Assembly (NCBI GenBank): GCA_016176685.1 | Contig: JACOWS010000002.1 | Span: 30,608 to 94,607 of the forward strand | Origin: Patescibacteria group bacterium | GTDB lineage: Bacteria > Patescibacteriota > Minisyncoccia > Phycocordibacterales > SBAW01 | Direction: 5' to 3' | Length of the DNA: 64,000 bases | In this document: positions 63,904 through 64,000 of the stretch, in pieces | Layout of the letters: each line of letters begins with the position of its first letter | How positions within the stretch are numbered: the first letter of the stretch is position 1 | The notes under the pieces: generated by a model | Seen by the model: only the letters and a program-made list of their open reading frames with translations | What the model was told of the DNA's origin: nothing | Databases searched by the model: none | Position numbers and translations under genes: made by a program

Positions 63904-64000
63904 ATCGTTACGTTAGTAGTACGTACAAATTAATAAAATAAGCCTCCTCTTCTATTCTATGGCTAAAATAGGCATATAAGAAGAGTGGTGGGGACAACCC

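Noticed and set aside
1-64000. Alternative genetic code (TGA = Gly/Trp)
   Set aside because: TGA ends scpA, scpB, mraY, murG, def and fmt at expected lengths; conserved genes are intact under code 11.

Overview
Gene-dense bacterial chromosome segment using the standard code (TGA serves as a stop). Gene content and compact proteins suggest Patescibacteria/CPR, Parcubacteria-like (inference). It carries housekeeping loci: aspS (partial), gltX, cysS, class I lysS, proS; scpAB; mraY-ftsW-murG; mraZ-rsmH-ftsL-ftsI-murF; mreB-mreC-mrdA; a second mreB; murA; dnaB-recR, rarA, rmuC, nth, mpg; def-fmt, frr, greA, hpf; rplI/rplU/rpmA. Three tRNAs are present: Pro-GGG, Glu-CTC, and Asn-GTT split by a 213-nt group I intron. 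An accessory region runs from about 54.6 to 64 kb. The most unusual signal is a population of dispersed palindromic elements. The clearest family has six copies of a nearly invariant 27-30 nt loop flanked by 22-27 bp arms. These arms differ by 20-30% between related copies but stay essentially perfectly complementary within each copy. Other hairpin families sit in frame inside housekeeping genes (lysS, rsmH, mpg, holB, tspO). Other highlights: an RquA-like rhodoquinone-synthesis gene, a -1 frameshift on a lysine codon in lysS, two promoter/terminator-bounded structured RNA candidates, direct and inverted copies of the tRNA-Asn 3' end, and apparently leaderless core genes versus SD-led accessory genes. 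All calls are from reading the sequence by eye; no searches or folding programs were run.
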